A stretch of 64,000 nucleotides of DNA, from positions 17,567 to 81,566 of the forward strand of contig JBKBQD010000008.1 of NCBI GenBank assembly GCA_046292875.1, read 5' to 3'. Shown in pieces: positions 22,833-33,025 of this stretch. Position 1 is the stretch's first letter. Every line of letters starts with the position of its first letter. A program made the position numbers and the translations under genes. The notes beneath the pieces were generated by a model. The model saw only the letters and a program-made list of their open reading frames with translations. It ran no database searches and was not told where the DNA came from. This DNA comes from Fimbriimonadaceae bacterium. Its GTDB lineage: Bacteria > Armatimonadota > Fimbriimonadia > Fimbriimonadales > Fimbriimonadaceae.

Positions 22833-23252
22833 ATGAAACCGCTCTTGCCCTTGACCTGCCTCGCGACCGCCATTTTGGGAACCGCTGGCTGCGGCGGCAC
22901 GAAGGTGAACGCATCTTTCGTGGTGAGCGGCGTGTTTGAAGCGGACGTTCCCGATTTCGACGCGCACGGCCCAACTCTCGTGACCCTCAAGAGCCAGGAC
23001 CGCGGCGACTTCATTCGCGCCGTGCTGCAGATCAAGATTTGGGGGAATGGCACGCAGCCCAAGCGACTCTTCACGGTGCAATTTGACGGTCCCAAAAAGC
23101 CGGACCAAACGGTCGTCTGGACCAACGAGTTTCCTTCGGATCTCGGAACAATTCACTTCGTCGGGCGCCTGGTTGGCGAGGACCTTGAACTGAACTATCA
23201 GGGCAAAACCTCGGGCAGTGTCACGCTCGACCGCACCGGCGACTTTCGATAG
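22833..23252 (+). CDS. hypothetical lipoprotein
   Basis: It has a lipobox-like signal (LATAILGTAGCGG). I recognise no family. Confidence 0.45.
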   Translation: MKPLLPLTCLATAILGTAGCGGTKVNASFVVSGVFEADVPDFDAHGPTLVTLKSQDRGDFIRAVLQIKIWGNGTQPKRLFTVQFDGPKKPDQTVVWTNEFPSDLGTIHFVGRLVGEDLELNYQGKTSGSVTLDRTGDFR

Positions 23253-23295
23253 TCGCCGCGGCCGCCTTGCACTGAACCGGTACAATTCGCCGCGG

Positions 23296-25125
23296 ATGTC
23301 CGCCCCCCTTGTACGCAACATCGGCATCATCGCGCATGTCGATCACGGCAAAACCACGCTGGTTGACGCGATTTTTCGCCAAGCCGGGCTGTTTCGCGCC
23401 AATCAGGTCGTCCAAGACCGGGTGATGGACCGGAACGACCTGGAACGCGAAAAGGGCATCACGATCCTCTCCAAAGTCGCGAGCATTGAATACAAGGGCG
23501 TCAAGATTAACATCGTCGACACACCGGGCCACGCGGATTTTGGCGGCGAGGTTGAGCGGGTGCTCAGCATGGTGGATGGCGTGCTGCTCGTCGTCGATGC
23601 CTGCGAAGGCCCCATGCCGCAAACGCGCTTTGTGCTCAAAAAGGCCTTTCAGCATAAGCTCAAGCCGATCGTATGTATCAACAAGGTCGACCGGGACGGC
23701 GCAAGACCGCATGAGGCATACGACAAAACCATTGACCTCTTTATCGACTTGGGCGCTGACGAAGACGATCTCTTCTTCCCGCACCTTTACACGTCGGGGC
23801 ATGGCGGTTTTGCGCGCGTTTCTCCTGATGGGGGCGAGTCGGATATGCGGGAGTTGCTGGAGACGATTCTCAATGCCGTGCCGCCGCCGGACGTGCAGTT
23901 GGAAGGCCCCTTCCAAATGCAGGTCACCAATCTTGACTTTTCCGACTACCTGGGCCGAATGTTCGGGGGCAAGGTGCTGCGCGGCAGCGTAAAAGTCGGC
24001 GACCGGATGACGCTTTTGCGACGGGGCAACGCCGTCGGCTTCAATGTCACCAAGCTGTGGGTGTATCAAGGGATCCGGCTGGTCGAAGTGGATGAGGTGT
24101 CCGCTGGCGAAATCGCCATGCTGGCCGGATATGACGACGTCCTGATCGGCGACACGGTGGCTGACCCGAGCGCGCCAGACGAGCTGCCGCCCGTCGAAGT
24201 CGAGCCCCCGACGCTCAGCATGACCTTTTATGCCAACAACTCCCCATTGGCGGGAAGAGATGGCGGCAAGTTCCTGACGATTCACAAGATTCGCGAGCGC
24301 TTGGAGAAAGAAGCCAAGGTCAGCGTCGCCTTGCAGATCGACCCCGACTCGCCCGCCGACGCGGTCAAAGTGTTCGCGCGGGGCGAGCTTCAGCTCGCGA
24401 TCCTGATCGAGACCATGCGCCGCGAAGGGTACGAGATGGCCATCAGCCGCCCGAAAGTGATTCTGCGCAAAGACGAAGACGGTCAAGTCATCGAACCTTA
24501 TGAGTCATTAACGCTCGAACTTCCTGATGATGCCGTCGGACCGGTGATGGAAGAACTCAGTCGCAGAAAAGGCGAGATGGTCGATATGAGCAAGGACGAA
24601 CATGGCGGTAGCCGCTTGGTGTACTCGATCCCGACCCGCGGCTTGATTGGTTTCCGATCCAACTACCTCACCTTGACGCGCGGTCTCGGGACCATGGCGC
24701 ATCTGTTTGATGGTTACAAGCCGTATCGCGGCGAGGTCGTGTCGCGGTCCAGGGGTTCGCTCATCGCCAAAGACCCGGGCAAAATGACGCGCTACGCGTA
24801 TGAGGACGTCCAGGAAAGGGGCACCCTCTTTTACGAAGTCGGCACCGAGGTGTATGGCGGCATGATTATCGGCGAGTGCGCGCGCGACGAAGACATGGTG
24901 GTCAATATCACCAAGACAAAAGCCGCGACCAACATGCGCAGTTCAACGTCAGATGCGACGACCGTGCTGGACGCCCATCGCGAGTTCTCGCTCGAGCAGG
25001 CGCTGAGCTGGCTTCGCGACGACGAGCTGCTGGAAGTGACGCCCAAGATGCTCCGGTTCCGAAAAATCGTGCTTGATCACAGCGAGCGTCGCGTTGCCGA
25101 GCGGCGTGCCGAGGCCGTCGCCTAA
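23296..25125 (+). CDS. typA: translational GTPase TypA/BipA
   Basis: Start chosen at [22 protein letters not shown]. It has G motifs DTPGH and NKVD, and the length is about 609 aa. Confidence 0.95.
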   Translation: MSAPLVRNIGIIAHVDHGKTTLVDAIFRQAGLFRANQVVQDRVMDRNDLEREKGITILSKVASIEYKGVKINIVDTPGHADFGGEVERVLSMVDGVLLVVDACEGPMPQTRFVLKKAFQHKLKPIVCINKVDRDGARPHEAYDKTIDLFIDLGADEDDLFFPHLYTSGHGGFARVSPDGGESDMRELLETILNAVPPPDVQLEGPFQMQVTNLDFSDYLGRMFGGKVLRGSVKVGDRMTLLRRGNAVGFNVTKLWVYQGIRLVEVDEVSAGEIAMLAGYDDVLIGDTVADPSAPDELPPVEVEPPTLSMTFYANNSPLAGRDGGKFLTIHKIRERLEKEAKVSVALQIDPDSPADAVKVFARGELQLAILIETMRREGYEMAISRPKVILRKDEDGQVIEPYESLTLELPDDAVGPVMEELSRRKGEMVDMSKDEHGGSRLVYSIPTRGLIGFRSNYLTLTRGLGTMAHLFDGYKPYRGEVVSRSRGSLIAKDPGKMTRYAYEDVQERGTLFYEVGTEVYGGMIIGECARDEDMVVNITKTKAATNMRSSTSDATTVLDAHREFSLEQALSWLRDDELLEVTPKMLRFRKIVLDHSERRVAERRAEAVA

Positions 25126-25766
25126 AGCGCGCCTCGGATCGCGGCAACCCCTTCGCGAAAGGTTCCGTGGACTTCGCGGACACCCGTCGCGGTCACCAGC
25201 TCAGCCACATTGGCGGCGCGAATCCCGCCAGCCGGCAAAATGCCGACACGATCCCCAAAACGTTGCTGCATGGCGGCGAGGGTCGCCAGACCCTCGGGAG
25301 CATGCGGTGCCCCGCCGCTGGTCAGCAATCGTGAAAACCCAAGTTCGACGGCGGCTTCGGCCACGGCAAGGGGATCCGGCGAGGCATCGATCGCCCGGTT
25401 GAGCACGGTCTCCATCGCAGTTGCCGCTCCGATCATCCGAGCACATGCCTCAGAGTCCAGCGCGCCATCCGGTCGGAGAGCGCCAAACGCCACCCCGGTC
25501 ACCCCTTCCTGACTGAGCAGGGCAATGTCTCGGACCATTGCCTCGATCTCAAGAGCCGAGTAGACAAAGTCCCCGCCGCGGGGCCGGACCGTGACGATCA
25601 CCGGAATCGCCACCCGGTCGAGCACCTCCCGGATCACTCCCAGGGAGGGTGTCAAACCATCGAGCTCCATGGCAGCGTTGAGTTCGAGCCGATCCGCGCC
25701 CTCGGATGCCGCCGCAACGGCCCGATCGACCCCATCCACGCAAACCTCGATGAGTGTGCGCCCCAC
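25122..25766 (-). CDS. cutC: copper homeostasis protein CutC family
   Basis: 214 aa with LIEVCVD..A..GADRLELN and TSGG motifs. Confidence 0.75.
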   Translation of the reverse strand: MGRTLIEVCVDGVDRAVAAASEGADRLELNAAMELDGLTPSLGVIREVLDRVAIPVIVTVRPRGGDFVYSALEIEAMVRDIALLSQEGVTGVAFGALRPDGALDSEACARMIGAATAMETVLNRAIDASPDPLAVAEAAVELGFSRLLTSGGAPHAPEGLATLAAMQQRFGDRVGILPAGGIRAANVAELVTATGVREVHGTFREGVAAIRGAL

Positions 25767-25827
25767 GGCCCATGGGTGTACCTGTTGAGGGGCGCGATCC
25801 GCCGGTCGGGTTTGCTATCCTACGCGC

Positions 25828-26631
25828 ATGAGCACTGCGTCACCCGCTCAACCTTTCGTCCCGCCCGTTGCCGATACGCCGACCGGCCGTCAATTTGCCG
25901 AAGACGGATACTACGTGGCCAAAGGCGTGTTCCAAGGCCAGACTTTGAAGGAACTGGAGGAGGACTTCGATCGCATCGTGGCCCAAATTTCGGGCTCTGG
26001 TGAACACATCAACGCCACTTGGGGCGGCCCAGAAATGGAGCGGCTCGGCGCGCGGGACCTGGTGGTGCTTCATACCCACAACGTGCAGCAATACAGCGCG
26101 CGCTGGAATCGGGCCCTGCTGGATGAGCGCTTCTTGGACGCGGCGCGCCAGATCCTCGGCAACGACATCGTGCTCCACCACACCAAGCTCTTCCAAAAGC
26201 CGCCGGAAAAAGGCGCGCCGTTCCCCATGCACCAGGACTGGGACTACTTCCCAACCATCAATGACAGCATGATCGCCGGCATCATTTGCGTCTCCGAAGC
26301 CACCGACGAGATGGGCTGTCTGCGCGTGTATCCGGGCAGCCACAAGCTCGGCAAAATCGAGGGGACTTCGGGTCAGCACGAAAGCGATCTGCTTGCCCAC
26401 TATCCCCTGGAGAATGCCACTCCGCTTGAGGCCGAGCCCGGCGACGTGGTGTTCTTCCACTACTTCACCATCCACGGCTCAATGCAGAATCGCTCGGCCA
26501 AAACGCGCAAGACGGTTCTGGTCCAGCTGCATCGGGGCGACGACCGCGTCGTGGACGGCAACCATCACCCGAATGAGAAACTGGTCCTGAGCGGCTGGAA
26601 CTACCACACGACACGCCACTCGGTGGAATAG
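25828..26631 (+). CDS. phytanoyl-CoA dioxygenase (PhyH) family Fe(II)/2-oxoglutarate oxygenase
   Basis: 267 aa with the HQDWDYF (HxD) facial-triad context, a later FTIHGS His, and the length and order typical of PhyH. Confidence 0.7.
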   Translation: MSTASPAQPFVPPVADTPTGRQFAEDGYYVAKGVFQGQTLKELEEDFDRIVAQISGSGEHINATWGGPEMERLGARDLVVLHTHNVQQYSARWNRALLDERFLDAARQILGNDIVLHHTKLFQKPPEKGAPFPMHQDWDYFPTINDSMIAGIICVSEATDEMGCLRVYPGSHKLGKIEGTSGQHESDLLAHYPLENATPLEAEPGDVVFFHYFTIHGSMQNRSAKTRKTVLVQLHRGDDRVVDGNHHPNEKLVLSGWNYHTTRHSVE

Positions 26632-26634
26632 CTC

Positions 26635-27612
26635 GTGGAACTGGCTCGGCGTCGGTACCTCGCCATGGACCGCGAGTTCGCGTGGACTCGACGGGGCGAT
26701 GCCGACCCGGTCCACTGGGGCGACGCCCTTCGCGCCCGGTTGGTGGATCTTCTCGGAATCGAGGCCCAGCCAGAGCGGCGCGACTTCGCGCTGGGCGAGC
26801 CGGTTCGTTGTGACGGCTTTGACCGCATCCCGGCATCGTTCGACTCGCCCATCGATGGCGCCGGATTTGGCTACTTGCTGGTGCCGCACGGCCACGCCGG
26901 CCGCGCCCCTGCGATACTTTGCCTCCCGGGCCATGGGATCGGCGTCGATGGAGTGGTTGGCTTGCGCGACGACGGCTATTCCACGGCGTTTGCCGTCCGC
27001 TGCGTGCGGCGCGGCTACGTGGTCTTTGCCCTGGAGCAAATGTCGTTCGGGCATCGCTGCTCGCGAGAAACGCCTGATGGCGGCTCCACCTGCTTCCGCG
27101 ACTCCACCGCCGCGCTGCTGTTGGGGGAGTGCATGGTCGGATGGCGGGTGCGCGATGCGCGGATCGCCCTCACCTTTCTCTCAGAGCGTGTGGAGGTTGA
27201 TGCGGACCGGCTGGCGGTAATGGGCATTTCCGGAGGCGGCACCACGGCCTTCTTTACGTCGTGCGTCGATACGCGAGTCGCCGCGGCCATGATCAGCGGC
27301 TACTTCAACACTTTTGCCGACTCGATTCTCGGCGTGGACCACTGTGTGGACAACTATGTGCCGGGCTTAGGGACCGTGGCCGAGATGCCGGATCTTGTCG
27401 CGGCGATCGCACCAAGGGCGCTGATCACGGAGTCGGGAACCGAAGACCCGATTTTCCCGCTGCCTGCCTACCGAGGCGCCTGTGCATGGGCCGAGTCCAT
27501 TTACGATGCCCACCGCGCTCGATCACGATTTCATGCCACGGTGTTCGAGGGCGGTCACGTGTTTCACGGAGAGGAAACGCTCCCGGTGCTCGATGGGTAT
27601 CTCGCGCCGTAA
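26635..27612 (+). CDS. alpha/beta hydrolase (acetyl-xylan-esterase/dienelactone-hydrolase-like)
   Basis: It has the nucleophile elbow GISGGG and a C-terminal GGHVF His context. The GTG start is uncertain. Confidence 0.55.
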   Translation: MELARRRYLAMDREFAWTRRGDADPVHWGDALRARLVDLLGIEAQPERRDFALGEPVRCDGFDRIPASFDSPIDGAGFGYLLVPHGHAGRAPAILCLPGHGIGVDGVVGLRDDGYSTAFAVRCVRRGYVVFALEQMSFGHRCSRETPDGGSTCFRDSTAALLLGECMVGWRVRDARIALTFLSERVEVDADRLAVMGISGGGTTAFFTSCVDTRVAAAMISGYFNTFADSILGVDHCVDNYVPGLGTVAEMPDLVAAIAPRALITESGTEDPIFPLPAYRGACAWAESIYDAHRARSRFHATVFEGGHVFHGEETLPVLDGYLAP

Positions 27613-27661
27613 TGCTTCTGCGCTGGTTTGAGCCCGTCTGCGGAACTCGAGCAAGCGAAAG

Positions 27662-28615
27662 CTACGGAACCAGCGTGCCGTCCATGATGGCGGCCACGGC
27701 CGCATTGACCGCAGTCCGAGCATCGGCCGGATACTCGTCGGCAAAGGCGGTAAGCCCAAGGGCTTGCTTGCGAAAGCCGACGGTCTCCGACGTCGCCATG
27801 CCGCCGCGCTTGAAGTCCTCGATGCCCGCCGCCATGAGTCGGCCCGTTTGCAGCACAACGCCCACCATCACTTCGGGTTGCCCCTCGACGAGCGTCGGCA
27901 TCGACCGCAAGCGGTAGGCGCGAGCGTCGGGACGGGTCAGCAGGGCCTCATGCACGCCGACGTAGGCGCCATCGACAAGAACGATAAACCCATCGACTCC
28001 CAGGGCCAAGAGCTCTTCGGCGGCTGACTTGCCAAATGCGGGCGTGTCCCAGTCGGGGGTCTTCCGTACGGTGACCGTCGCGGCTGGATTGACCGAGCGC
28101 GCCCCGGCCAATGCGGTTTCGAGAATCGAGTCCGGTTCGTTCTGCTGCAAGATGAGTCCGAGGTTGCCACTCGGTGAACCGGCGGCCGCCATCACGCCCA
28201 TGACGTAGCCGATCTCGCGCTCATTGAAGTAGTAAGAGCGCCAGTTGGGACCACTTTCCCTGCCGTTGATCTGGATGAAGGAGGACGCCGGGAAGCGCGC
28301 GCTCACGCTCCGCACGGCGTCGGTGAACTCGCTGCCATGGGCAAAAATGAACGTGAAACCGTCCTTGGCAAAGCTTTCGAGCGCCGCGACTTGACCCGGG
28401 CCGGACACGTTTTCTCGCAGGCTCACCGCGAATCCGCTGCGCGCCAGGTCTTCGAGGCCAAGATAGGCGGACTGATTCCAGCCGCCATCGTGGGCGTCGC
28501 CCGACATGACGAGTCCAACCGACTCGAAGGCAGGGGGTGTCGGGGGCGAGGTCGACGAACCGGCGCACCCGATGAGCACCATCCATGCCATGAAGCTAGG
28601 AATCCAAAGCCGCAT
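27662..28615 (-). CDS. BMP-family (PnrA-like) ABC transporter substrate-binding lipoprotein
   Basis: Start chosen at MRLWIPSFMAWMVLIGCAGS (lipobox). It has the periplasmic-binding-fold pattern FIFAHGSEF...GFIVLVDGA. Confidence 0.6.
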   Translation of the reverse strand: MRLWIPSFMAWMVLIGCAGSSTSPPTPPAFESVGLVMSGDAHDGGWNQSAYLGLEDLARSGFAVSLRENVSGPGQVAALESFAKDGFTFIFAHGSEFTDAVRSVSARFPASSFIQINGRESGPNWRSYYFNEREIGYVMGVMAAAGSPSGNLGLILQQNEPDSILETALAGARSVNPAATVTVRKTPDWDTPAFGKSAAEELLALGVDGFIVLVDGAYVGVHEALLTRPDARAYRLRSMPTLVEGQPEVMVGVVLQTGRLMAAGIEDFKRGGMATSETVGFRKQALGLTAFADEYPADARTAVNAAVAAIMDGTLVP

Positions 28616-28814
28616 CGAATGGATTTTAGCCCGAGGAGACTGAACTCCAATTGGTGAGGTGGACGGTACAAGGTCCCCTAAGCATAGGAAGCGGCCCAAA
28701 GGGCATTTAGCCTGTAGCATGCTCAAAAGCGCACGAGCGTTAACATGTGCGCCGCCTTCACCCTAGTGCCGCCGGTACACTGGGTCCTTCCACCACGCTC
28801 AGGGAACTCGAACC

Positions 28815-30980
28815 ATGCCGCTCCACTATCTGCAAGACCTCTGGGACGACGCTTTGGCCGCAGGGATGGATGAGCCGGACTTGCTCACCTACCGCTCCAA
28901 CCTGCTGGGCAGCGACCTGCGCCTCACCAACTTTGGCGGCGGCAACACTTCGGCCAAGGTCCGCGAAGTCGACCCCGTCACCGGCGACGAAGTCGAGGTG
29001 CTGTGGGTCAAGGGCAGCGGCGGCGACCTCGGCTCGATCAAGCGCGACGGCTTTGCCACTCTCTACATGGATCGCCTGCTGGCCCTGAAGCGGCAGTACC
29101 AAGGCGTCCATGAAGAGGACGCGATGGCGGACCGCTACATTCACTGCACCTTCAACGCCAACCCTCGCGCGGCCTCCATCGACACCCCGCTTCATGGCTT
29201 TTTGCCCTTCAAGCACGTGGACCACCTGCACCCGGATTGGGCCATCGCCCTTGCCGCTTGTGCCAACGGACCGGCGCAGCTGGAGCGGCTTCGCGCGGAA
29301 ACGGGACTTCATCTGGTCTGGCTGCCCTGGAAACGCCCTGGCTTCGAGCTTGGCCTCTGGCTGGAAAAGGCCGTACAGGACCATCCCGACGCCGACGGCA
29401 TCATTCTCGGCTCGCATGGACTCTTCACATGGGGCGACGACGCAAAGTCGTCCTACCAAAACACCTTGCGCGTTATCGACGCCATCGGCGCCTACGTCGT
29501 GCCGCGCATCACCGCTCAGGGTGACACACTCTTTGGGGGTCAGGTGGCCCCAGTCCGGGAGGACGCGCGCGCGCTGGCTCTCTCAGTCTTGCCCGCGATT
29601 CGGGGCATGGTCGGGCACGGCATCGGCCATTGGGTGGCGAGCGACGACGTCATGCGCTTCGTCAACTCGGCGGACGCCGATCGGCTGGCGTGGCAGGGCA
29701 CCAGCTGCCCCGACCACTTTGTGCGGACCAAGGTTCGGCCGCTGTTTGTCAAGTGGGATGCCGCCACGGGCGATGCCGGTTCGTTGATCGCTGCGGCCAA
29801 AGAGGGCATGGAGGCTTACCGTCGGGATTACGCCGACTATTATCAAGCGCACAAAAGCGCGGATTCCCCCGCCATGCGCAACCCGAACCCAACCGTGGTG
29901 CTCATTCCCGGAGTCGGGATGCTTAGCTTTGGCAAGAACAAGACGGAAGCGCGGATCACGGGCGAGTTTTATGTCAACGCGATTCACGTGATGGAAGGAG
30001 CCACCTCGCTGGGCGACCTGCCGCCCCAAGAGGGGTTGCTGCCTAACCGTGTGGTGAACAACTATGTGGCCCTTGACCCGGCCGAGGCGTTCGGCATCGA
30101 ATACTGGTCGCTCGAAGAAGCGAAGCTGCGGCGGATGCCTCCGGAAAAAGAGCTCAGTCGCAAGATTGCCTTGGTCCTGGGCGCGGGGCCTGGCATTGGC
30201 CGGTGCGTGGCCGAACGACTGGCAGCGCAAGGCGCCCATGTTGTGGTCGCCGACCGAAACGCTACGCTGGCCGAGGAGCTGGCGGCTCACCTTCAGGCAA
30301 AGTTCGGAAAGGAGGTGGCCACGGGATGGGCGGCCGATGCGACCGACCCCGCGTCCCTTGCGTCGCTCATGGAGGGCGTCGTCGCGTCTTTCGGAGGACT
30401 CGATATCTTGATCGACATCGTGGGCATATTCATCCCGCCCGGTGAGGACGGCAAGAACACGGTCGACCAGTGGCGCACCACCTTCGACGTCAACGTGACC
30501 TCCATGTACTTGGCGTCCGAAGCGGCGCATCGCGTGTTCGTGGCGCAAGGGACTCCCGCCGCCATCGTCCACACGACGAGCGTCAACGCCGTAGTTCCTA
30601 AGAAGGGCAGCCTGGCCTATGACACCTCCAAAACGGCGCTCAACCATTTGGTGAGGGAGCTCGCCATGGAATACGCCCCGCTCGTCCGAGTCAACGCCGT
30701 TGCTCCTGCAACCGTGGTGGCGGGCAGTCAGATGTTCCCGCGCGACCGGGTGATCTCATCGCTCACCAAATACGCCATCCCCTTTGATCCCGCGGATTCA
30801 GACGAAACCTTGCGCGATCGGCTCAGCGCGTTTTATGCCCAGAGGACGATGCTCAAGCGCGCGGTGACGCCGGAACGTGTTGCCGATGCCCTGGTGGCCT
30901 TGGCCACCGATCGCTTCGAACTCACCACCGGACAAGTCGTGAACGTCGACGCGGGCCTCCATGAAGCCTTTTTGAGATAG
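28815..30980 (+). CDS. bifunctional class II aldolase (rhamnulose-1-phosphate aldolase-like) / short-chain dehydrogenase
   Basis: 721 aa. The N-terminal half resembles aldolase/adducin (NFGGGNTSAK). The C-terminal half is an SDR (LGAGPGIGR Rossmann motif, YDTSK catalytic Tyr-Lys). Confidence 0.8.
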   Translation: MPLHYLQDLWDDALAAGMDEPDLLTYRSNLLGSDLRLTNFGGGNTSAKVREVDPVTGDEVEVLWVKGSGGDLGSIKRDGFATLYMDRLLALKRQYQGVHEEDAMADRYIHCTFNANPRAASIDTPLHGFLPFKHVDHLHPDWAIALAACANGPAQLERLRAETGLHLVWLPWKRPGFELGLWLEKAVQDHPDADGIILGSHGLFTWGDDAKSSYQNTLRVIDAIGAYVVPRITAQGDTLFGGQVAPVREDARALALSVLPAIRGMVGHGIGHWVASDDVMRFVNSADADRLAWQGTSCPDHFVRTKVRPLFVKWDAATGDAGSLIAAAKEGMEAYRRDYADYYQAHKSADSPAMRNPNPTVVLIPGVGMLSFGKNKTEARITGEFYVNAIHVMEGATSLGDLPPQEGLLPNRVVNNYVALDPAEAFGIEYWSLEEAKLRRMPPEKELSRKIALVLGAGPGIGRCVAERLAAQGAHVVVADRNATLAEELAAHLQAKFGKEVATGWAADATDPASLASLMEGVVASFGGLDILIDIVGIFIPPGEDGKNTVDQWRTTFDVNVTSMYLASEAAHRVFVAQGTPAAIVHTTSVNAVVPKKGSLAYDTSKTALNHLVRELAMEYAPLVRVNAVAPATVVAGSQMFPRDRVISSLTKYAIPFDPADSDETLRDRLSAFYAQRTMLKRAVTPERVADALVALATDRFELTTGQVVNVDAGLHEAFLR

Positions 30981-30984
30981 CGCC

Positions 30985-31383
30985 ATGGCCCCAGCTGATG
31001 TCGTACGCGAGCTCTATCGTCGATTTGGCGGAGGAGACGTCGACGGGGCACTGGCTTTATTCCTGGCCAACGCCACGCTTGAGATCGTCGGCGAGCGAAC
31101 CGACGTGCCGTATTTCGGTCGGTGGTCCGGACATGCTGGTCTACGTGAGTTCTACGCGTTGGTGGCGGAGACCACCGACGTGCAGGAATACGTTCCCGAG
31201 CAGTGGATCGAGACCGCGTCGGGCGTCATCGTGATCGGGCATGAAGCCGTCACCGTCAAGGCATCGGGGAAAAGCTATCGCTCACCGTGGATTGCCGTCT
31301 TTCGATTCGAAGGGGATCGTATCGCGTCCGTACGCGAGTTTTTCGACACGGCGACCATGGCGCGAGCCTTTAGAACGGACTGA
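30985..31383 (+). CDS. SnoaL-like / NTF2-family protein
   Basis: 132 aa with the pattern VRELYRRFGGGDVDGALALF...W..F.F.GDRI typical of SnoaL-like folds. Confidence 0.55.
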   Translation: MAPADVVRELYRRFGGGDVDGALALFLANATLEIVGERTDVPYFGRWSGHAGLREFYALVAETTDVQEYVPEQWIETASGVIVIGHEAVTVKASGKSYRSPWIAVFRFEGDRIASVREFFDTATMARAFRTD

Positions 31384-31404
31384 AATTACGGCTATGCTGA
31401 AGGC

Positions 31405-33024
31405 ATGATCGCCTGCCTCATCGCCGCATTCAGCCTGCAGCCGGCGGATTTGGTCATCGAAAACGCCCGCATCTGGACCGACGGGCGGACGTACTTCGCA
31501 TCGACCCTCGCCGTCCGGGATGGCGCGTTCGTCCACGTTGGGGACGCGGACCCGTCGCTCATCGGGCCGGAAACGAAGCGGGTGGACGTGGGCGGCGCAC
31601 TCGTGGTGCCGGGACTCTTTGACTCGCACATCCACATGCTGAATGGCGGGATGCAACTGAGCCGATTGAATTTGCGTGACGCCACGGACAAAGAGGATTT
31701 CGTCGCCAAGGTACGCGACTGGGCCGCGAAACTCGGACCCGGGGAGTGGATCCTGGGCGGTCGATGGTCCACGGAAAGCTGGTCGACTCCCGAACTCCCC
31801 CATCGCGCCTGGATCGATGCCGCCTCTGGGGGGCGACCGGCGTGGCTTTCCCGGATGGATGGGCACTCCGGCCTCGCCAATTCTGAGGCGCTTCGGCGCG
31901 CAGGCATCACGCGAGAGGGTCCCGCCGATCCCCCCGGCGGCGTCATTGATCGCGACCCGCAGACCGGCGAACCCACCGGCATTCTGCGCGAGACGGCGAT
32001 GGGGCTCGTCGCACGGCTCGTGCCCGCCGAAAGTGCCGATGACCGGCTGGCTGCCCTCAAGCGTGCGATCGACTACGCGTCAGAGCACGGCATTACCTCG
32101 GTCAGCGATGTCACCTCGATGGCCGACCTGCCGATCTATGAGCGACTGGCGCAGGAGGGTCCCGCGAAGGTCCGATTGCACCTCTATCCCACCTCGGACG
32201 ATTGGACGGCGGCCGCTCAAGCTGCGAATCGTTTTCAGGGTCTGCCCGGATTTATCGAGATCAAGGGATTCAAAGCGTACATGGACGGCAGTCTGGGGTC
32301 GCGCACCGCGTACATGCGCGCGCCCTTTCTGGGCAACCCGCCCGATCGTCCCGACTGGCGCGGTCTCCCCATGCCCGGCGTGCTCGAAGGGCTCATGGAG
32401 CGGAATGTTCGCGCGGCTGACCAAGCCGGATACCAGGCCATTGTCCACGCCATCGGCGATGAGGGCAACCATCTGCTGCTGAACATTGTCCAGAGCGCAA
32501 CCCGCGATCCTCGGCAAGCCCGCGCCCGCAGCGAGCACGCCCAGCACCTCTTGCCCGAAGACATCGAGCGGTTCGCCCGGCTTGGCGTCATTGCCTCCAT
32601 GCAGCCGTACCACAAGGCAGACGACGGCCGATATGCCGAAGACTACATCGGAAAAGAGCGCTGCCACAGCAGCTACGCCTTCAAGTCGCTGCTCGATGTC
32701 GGGGCCGTCGTGGCGTTCGGCTCCGATTGGCCCGTCGTCACGCTGAACCCCTTTCTCGGGCTGGAAGCCGCGGTTACCGGCAGAATCCTCAGCGGAGTGA
32801 TTTGGGAGCCGCAGGAGAACATCCCGCTCGCCGAAGCGCTGCGGTGCTACACCTCTGCCGCGGCCTATGCGGTCAAGCGCGAATCCGATCTTGGCCGCAT
32901 CGCGCCCGGTTATCAGGCGGACTTCATCGTCTTGAACCAGGACCTCTTCGTTCCACCCGTTAAGTGGGACAAAGTCAAGCCCACCGCCGTGTACGTTGCC
33001 GGTCGCCGGGTTCTTGGCATGTAG
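31405..33024 (+). CDS. amidohydrolase-3 family metal-dependent hydrolase
   Basis: 539 aa with PGLFDSHIHM (HxH metal site), HAIGD, and GSDWPV near the C-terminus. Confidence 0.8.
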   Translation: MIACLIAAFSLQPADLVIENARIWTDGRTYFASTLAVRDGAFVHVGDADPSLIGPETKRVDVGGALVVPGLFDSHIHMLNGGMQLSRLNLRDATDKEDFVAKVRDWAAKLGPGEWILGGRWSTESWSTPELPHRAWIDAASGGRPAWLSRMDGHSGLANSEALRRAGITREGPADPPGGVIDRDPQTGEPTGILRETAMGLVARLVPAESADDRLAALKRAIDYASEHGITSVSDVTSMADLPIYERLAQEGPAKVRLHLYPTSDDWTAAAQAANRFQGLPGFIEIKGFKAYMDGSLGSRTAYMRAPFLGNPPDRPDWRGLPMPGVLEGLMERNVRAADQAGYQAIVHAIGDEGNHLLLNIVQSATRDPRQARARSEHAQHLLPEDIERFARLGVIASMQPYHKADDGRYAEDYIGKERCHSSYAFKSLLDVGAVVAFGSDWPVVTLNPFLGLEAAVTGRILSGVIWEPQENIPLAEALRCYTSAAAYAVKRESDLGRIAPGYQADFIVLNQDLFVPPVKWDKVKPTAVYVAGRRVLGM

Positions 33025-33025
33025 G

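Noticed and set aside
23221-24486. 421-aa minus-strand ORF opposite typA
   Set aside because: It is a shadow ORF; the plus strand encodes a full-length TypA/BipA with all G motifs.
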